From: Antedon mediterranea
Taxonomy: Eukaryota > Animalia > Echinodermata
Direction of reading: 5' to 3'
DNA length: 64,000 nt
Assembly: GCF_964355755.1 (NCBI RefSeq)
Contig: NC_092679.1
Location: 13,189,432-13,253,431, forward strand
Below, piece by piece: positions 61,486-64,000 of this stretch. The notes under the pieces were generated by a model. It did no database searches. It was not told the origin of the DNA and saw only the letters and a program-made list of their open reading frames with translations. The position numbers and the translations under genes are program-made. Every line of letters starts with the position of its first letter. The first letter of the stretch is position 1.

Positions 61486-64000
61486 ATTGTCATCCTTATA
61501 TTCACACAACGGTAGAGCAGTTAGCACTTCAGTTTCAACTGATGAAAGAATCTGGGTAATCAAACTGTTTGTGCTTTGAATAATCGATTGCACTGCAACC
61601 TAAAGAAAATAATATTGATTTAATATTTTTTATATTCAAGTTTTAATATGTTTAAAAACTAAGTTGTGCTTTAGTTGGGGAGCTATGCAGCCTAACAAAA
61701 AAAATGTTATTTGTAACAATGAAATTGGTCACAAAAAAATGCAACATAAACTTAGAGTGTATAATGCCTAGGCCTAGGCCTAGTACCCAAGTCCTATAGT
61801 TACTATAGCTAATAGTCCTGTATAATAACAGTACCAGCAAGGCCTAGGAAATAGACGTATTTCTCTAATAAAAAATAGTTTAAAATGCATAATTGTTGTA
61901 ATTTTAAAGCAAAATGGCTTACCTGTGGAATCTAATTGTTTCTCTCCTTTAATTTTAGTAGAAAGAAATCAGCATTTTTTATACTATTATCTGCTTGTTC
62001 ATCCTCTAGTTAGTAGGCCTTCTTGCTGAGCATCAACAAGATAATTAATATTAAACAATCATTAACAGTATAACAATACTATTACTAGAATTATCACTAC
62101 TACTATCGTCAGTTGATAAATCATCCCCGTTATAATAGTTTTTTTCTTCATTAACTTCGTCAGTCTCCTAGTCTAGGCCTAGTTCAACTTCATCCTCAAT
62201 TGGCATCCTCGTTTTCTCCAGGCATACTTATATACTGATGTTTCCATCGTCAACTGCAGGAGGTTGCCGATTGTTATACTCGTCCTTAAAATGGCGTCTT
62301 ATGACATGCTTGTAAAACGAATTGTAAATTCCAAAGCTTGCCGGGCAGCGAACCACCAATTCCACATGTTACTCGAAAATTCGGAGTATTTCCATGAATT
62401 GAATTATAATGCCTTAGCAAATAGGGTAGCAAATACTGTACCTACTTCAGTTTACTGGCACCAACTTATCGCTTTTTTTCGGACTGCAACAAACATGTGT
62501 AATTATTATTGTCTGTCGTATTACTGTTGGTCCAGACGTTTTATAGATTTGCTTTAACCACCATGGAGGTTTATACCTCCATGCTTTAACGTTGAGCAGT
62601 ATAATGACCTTATACATTCTGGGTAAAAGGCCAGCGATAAATTTTTGGTTATAGTTGAAAAACAACACTGTGTGTGGTCGATGACCTAGCTCCCGGCGGG
62701 ATCATGGCCAACGGTTTTTTAAAGTAATCATTCAAAATCTAGAGTTTGTAAGACACCTTTCATCGCAATTTATATATTAAATGCTTCAATAGGCCTAGTA
62801 AGATTAGTCTAATATAATGTCGAAGGAAGACGCTTTGTTGAAGATCCGAGAAATAGATGAAGAAGTGGCCAACATTTTAACAGGTTCGTAGGCCTAATAA
62901 TTATATTTTAATCTGCCAGCAGTCTAGGCCTAGCCTAGGCTCCTTCCTAGTTAGTAATACTGTAGGCCTGGAACTAGTAGGTCTAGGCTAGCCTACTATG
63001 CCAGGGAATAATTTCGCCAGTGTAGCATAGCAAAAAGCTATACAAAACAACCTTTTTGCTACAGATTTTTAAAATTGTGTAGCAAAAAATACAATACAAA
63101 ACTATGTTTCTCAACTCAAAAATCAGTTTGATTAGCAATATTGCTAAACAAAATTTAAAAATGAAATCTTTCCCTGTATGCCTGTACTGACGGACAGGTG
63201 TATAGGTTTAGCTTAGCATTTTAGTTCAGACATTGACAGAGGGGACAAATATTGTCGGACCTAATTCAGCTAGGTATTAGGAAGGCCTAATAATAGATAA
63301 TACAATTATAATGTAACAGTTATTTTGCAATGTAGCCATGAAATATCTACGAAGGATTATATTATATACACATATTCCAATGAGAAATATAATGACATTT
63401 AAAAACACTTCTTTATATTTAATTAATTGTACACACTAAGTAATCTCCGAAGTGATCACATCGATATTGAAACTTAATGTTTTTAACTCTAAATTTTTAA
63501 AAAAACTTACTAAAAAAACAAACAAAAAACATACGTACTGCATAACTAAAATTGTTATATTAAATTTCTTTTTTTATCTTAAATTATTTGTTAGGTAATT
63601 GAAGAAGTTCGAAGGATACTAATTATTACTAGGCAAAGAGGAATGAAATACAAAAAAAAGCTTTTTAAAGAAGTGCTTAGCAAATTTTTCCAAAGAAGAG
63701 AATAATATAGTTTATTTTGGTATTTTAAAGAGAAACACCAGTCCTCCATCTGGTAAGTACAGTGTATGTTTTTGTACTTTTATCTATTCATAAATATTTT
63801 TATAATGGACCAATGGTAGTGAGGAAAATACGTGTACATATTGTGTACGTATTTTTAACAACTTGGTTCGACTCAAGCTAGTGTCATGCACTCCTCCCTT
63901 TGACAACTAAAATTAAATAAATGACTTATGAATATTAATTTTTGACATATTAATGCTCTCCTGGCCAGCCCACCCTTTCCCCTTCCTTTTACATTGACCA

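Overview
AT-rich, transposon-dense animal DNA, probably a marine invertebrate (inference from its gene and TE families). The one apparently intact host gene (+, 43628-52958, 12 coding exons, ~670 aa) encodes a leucine-rich-repeat GPCR related to type C LGR/relaxin-receptor/GRL101. It has a signal peptide, a Cys-rich LRR N-cap, nine one-repeat-per-exon LRRs and a single-exon hinge+7TM, with no visible LDLa module. Three LRR exons were recently duplicated as a 1.72-kb block. The window spans three related tandem segmental units (starting ~1, ~28.1 kb, ~53.8 kb). The first unit holds four decayed LRR exons, one split by a full-length BEL/Pao LTR element (12986-20050, TSD TGGGC). Other elements: a decayed DIRS/Ngaro-type retroelement with a 45-bp minisatellite, a near-intact CR1/L2-group LINE, a Penelope-like GIY-YIG fragment with hammerhead ribozyme motifs, Helitrons and HINEs, nested Kolobok/MULE/Ginger-like elements, an IS3EU-like palindrome, tRNA-derived SINEs and a CACTA-like repeat array. 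No CRISPR or prokaryotic system is supported. All alignments were made by eye.
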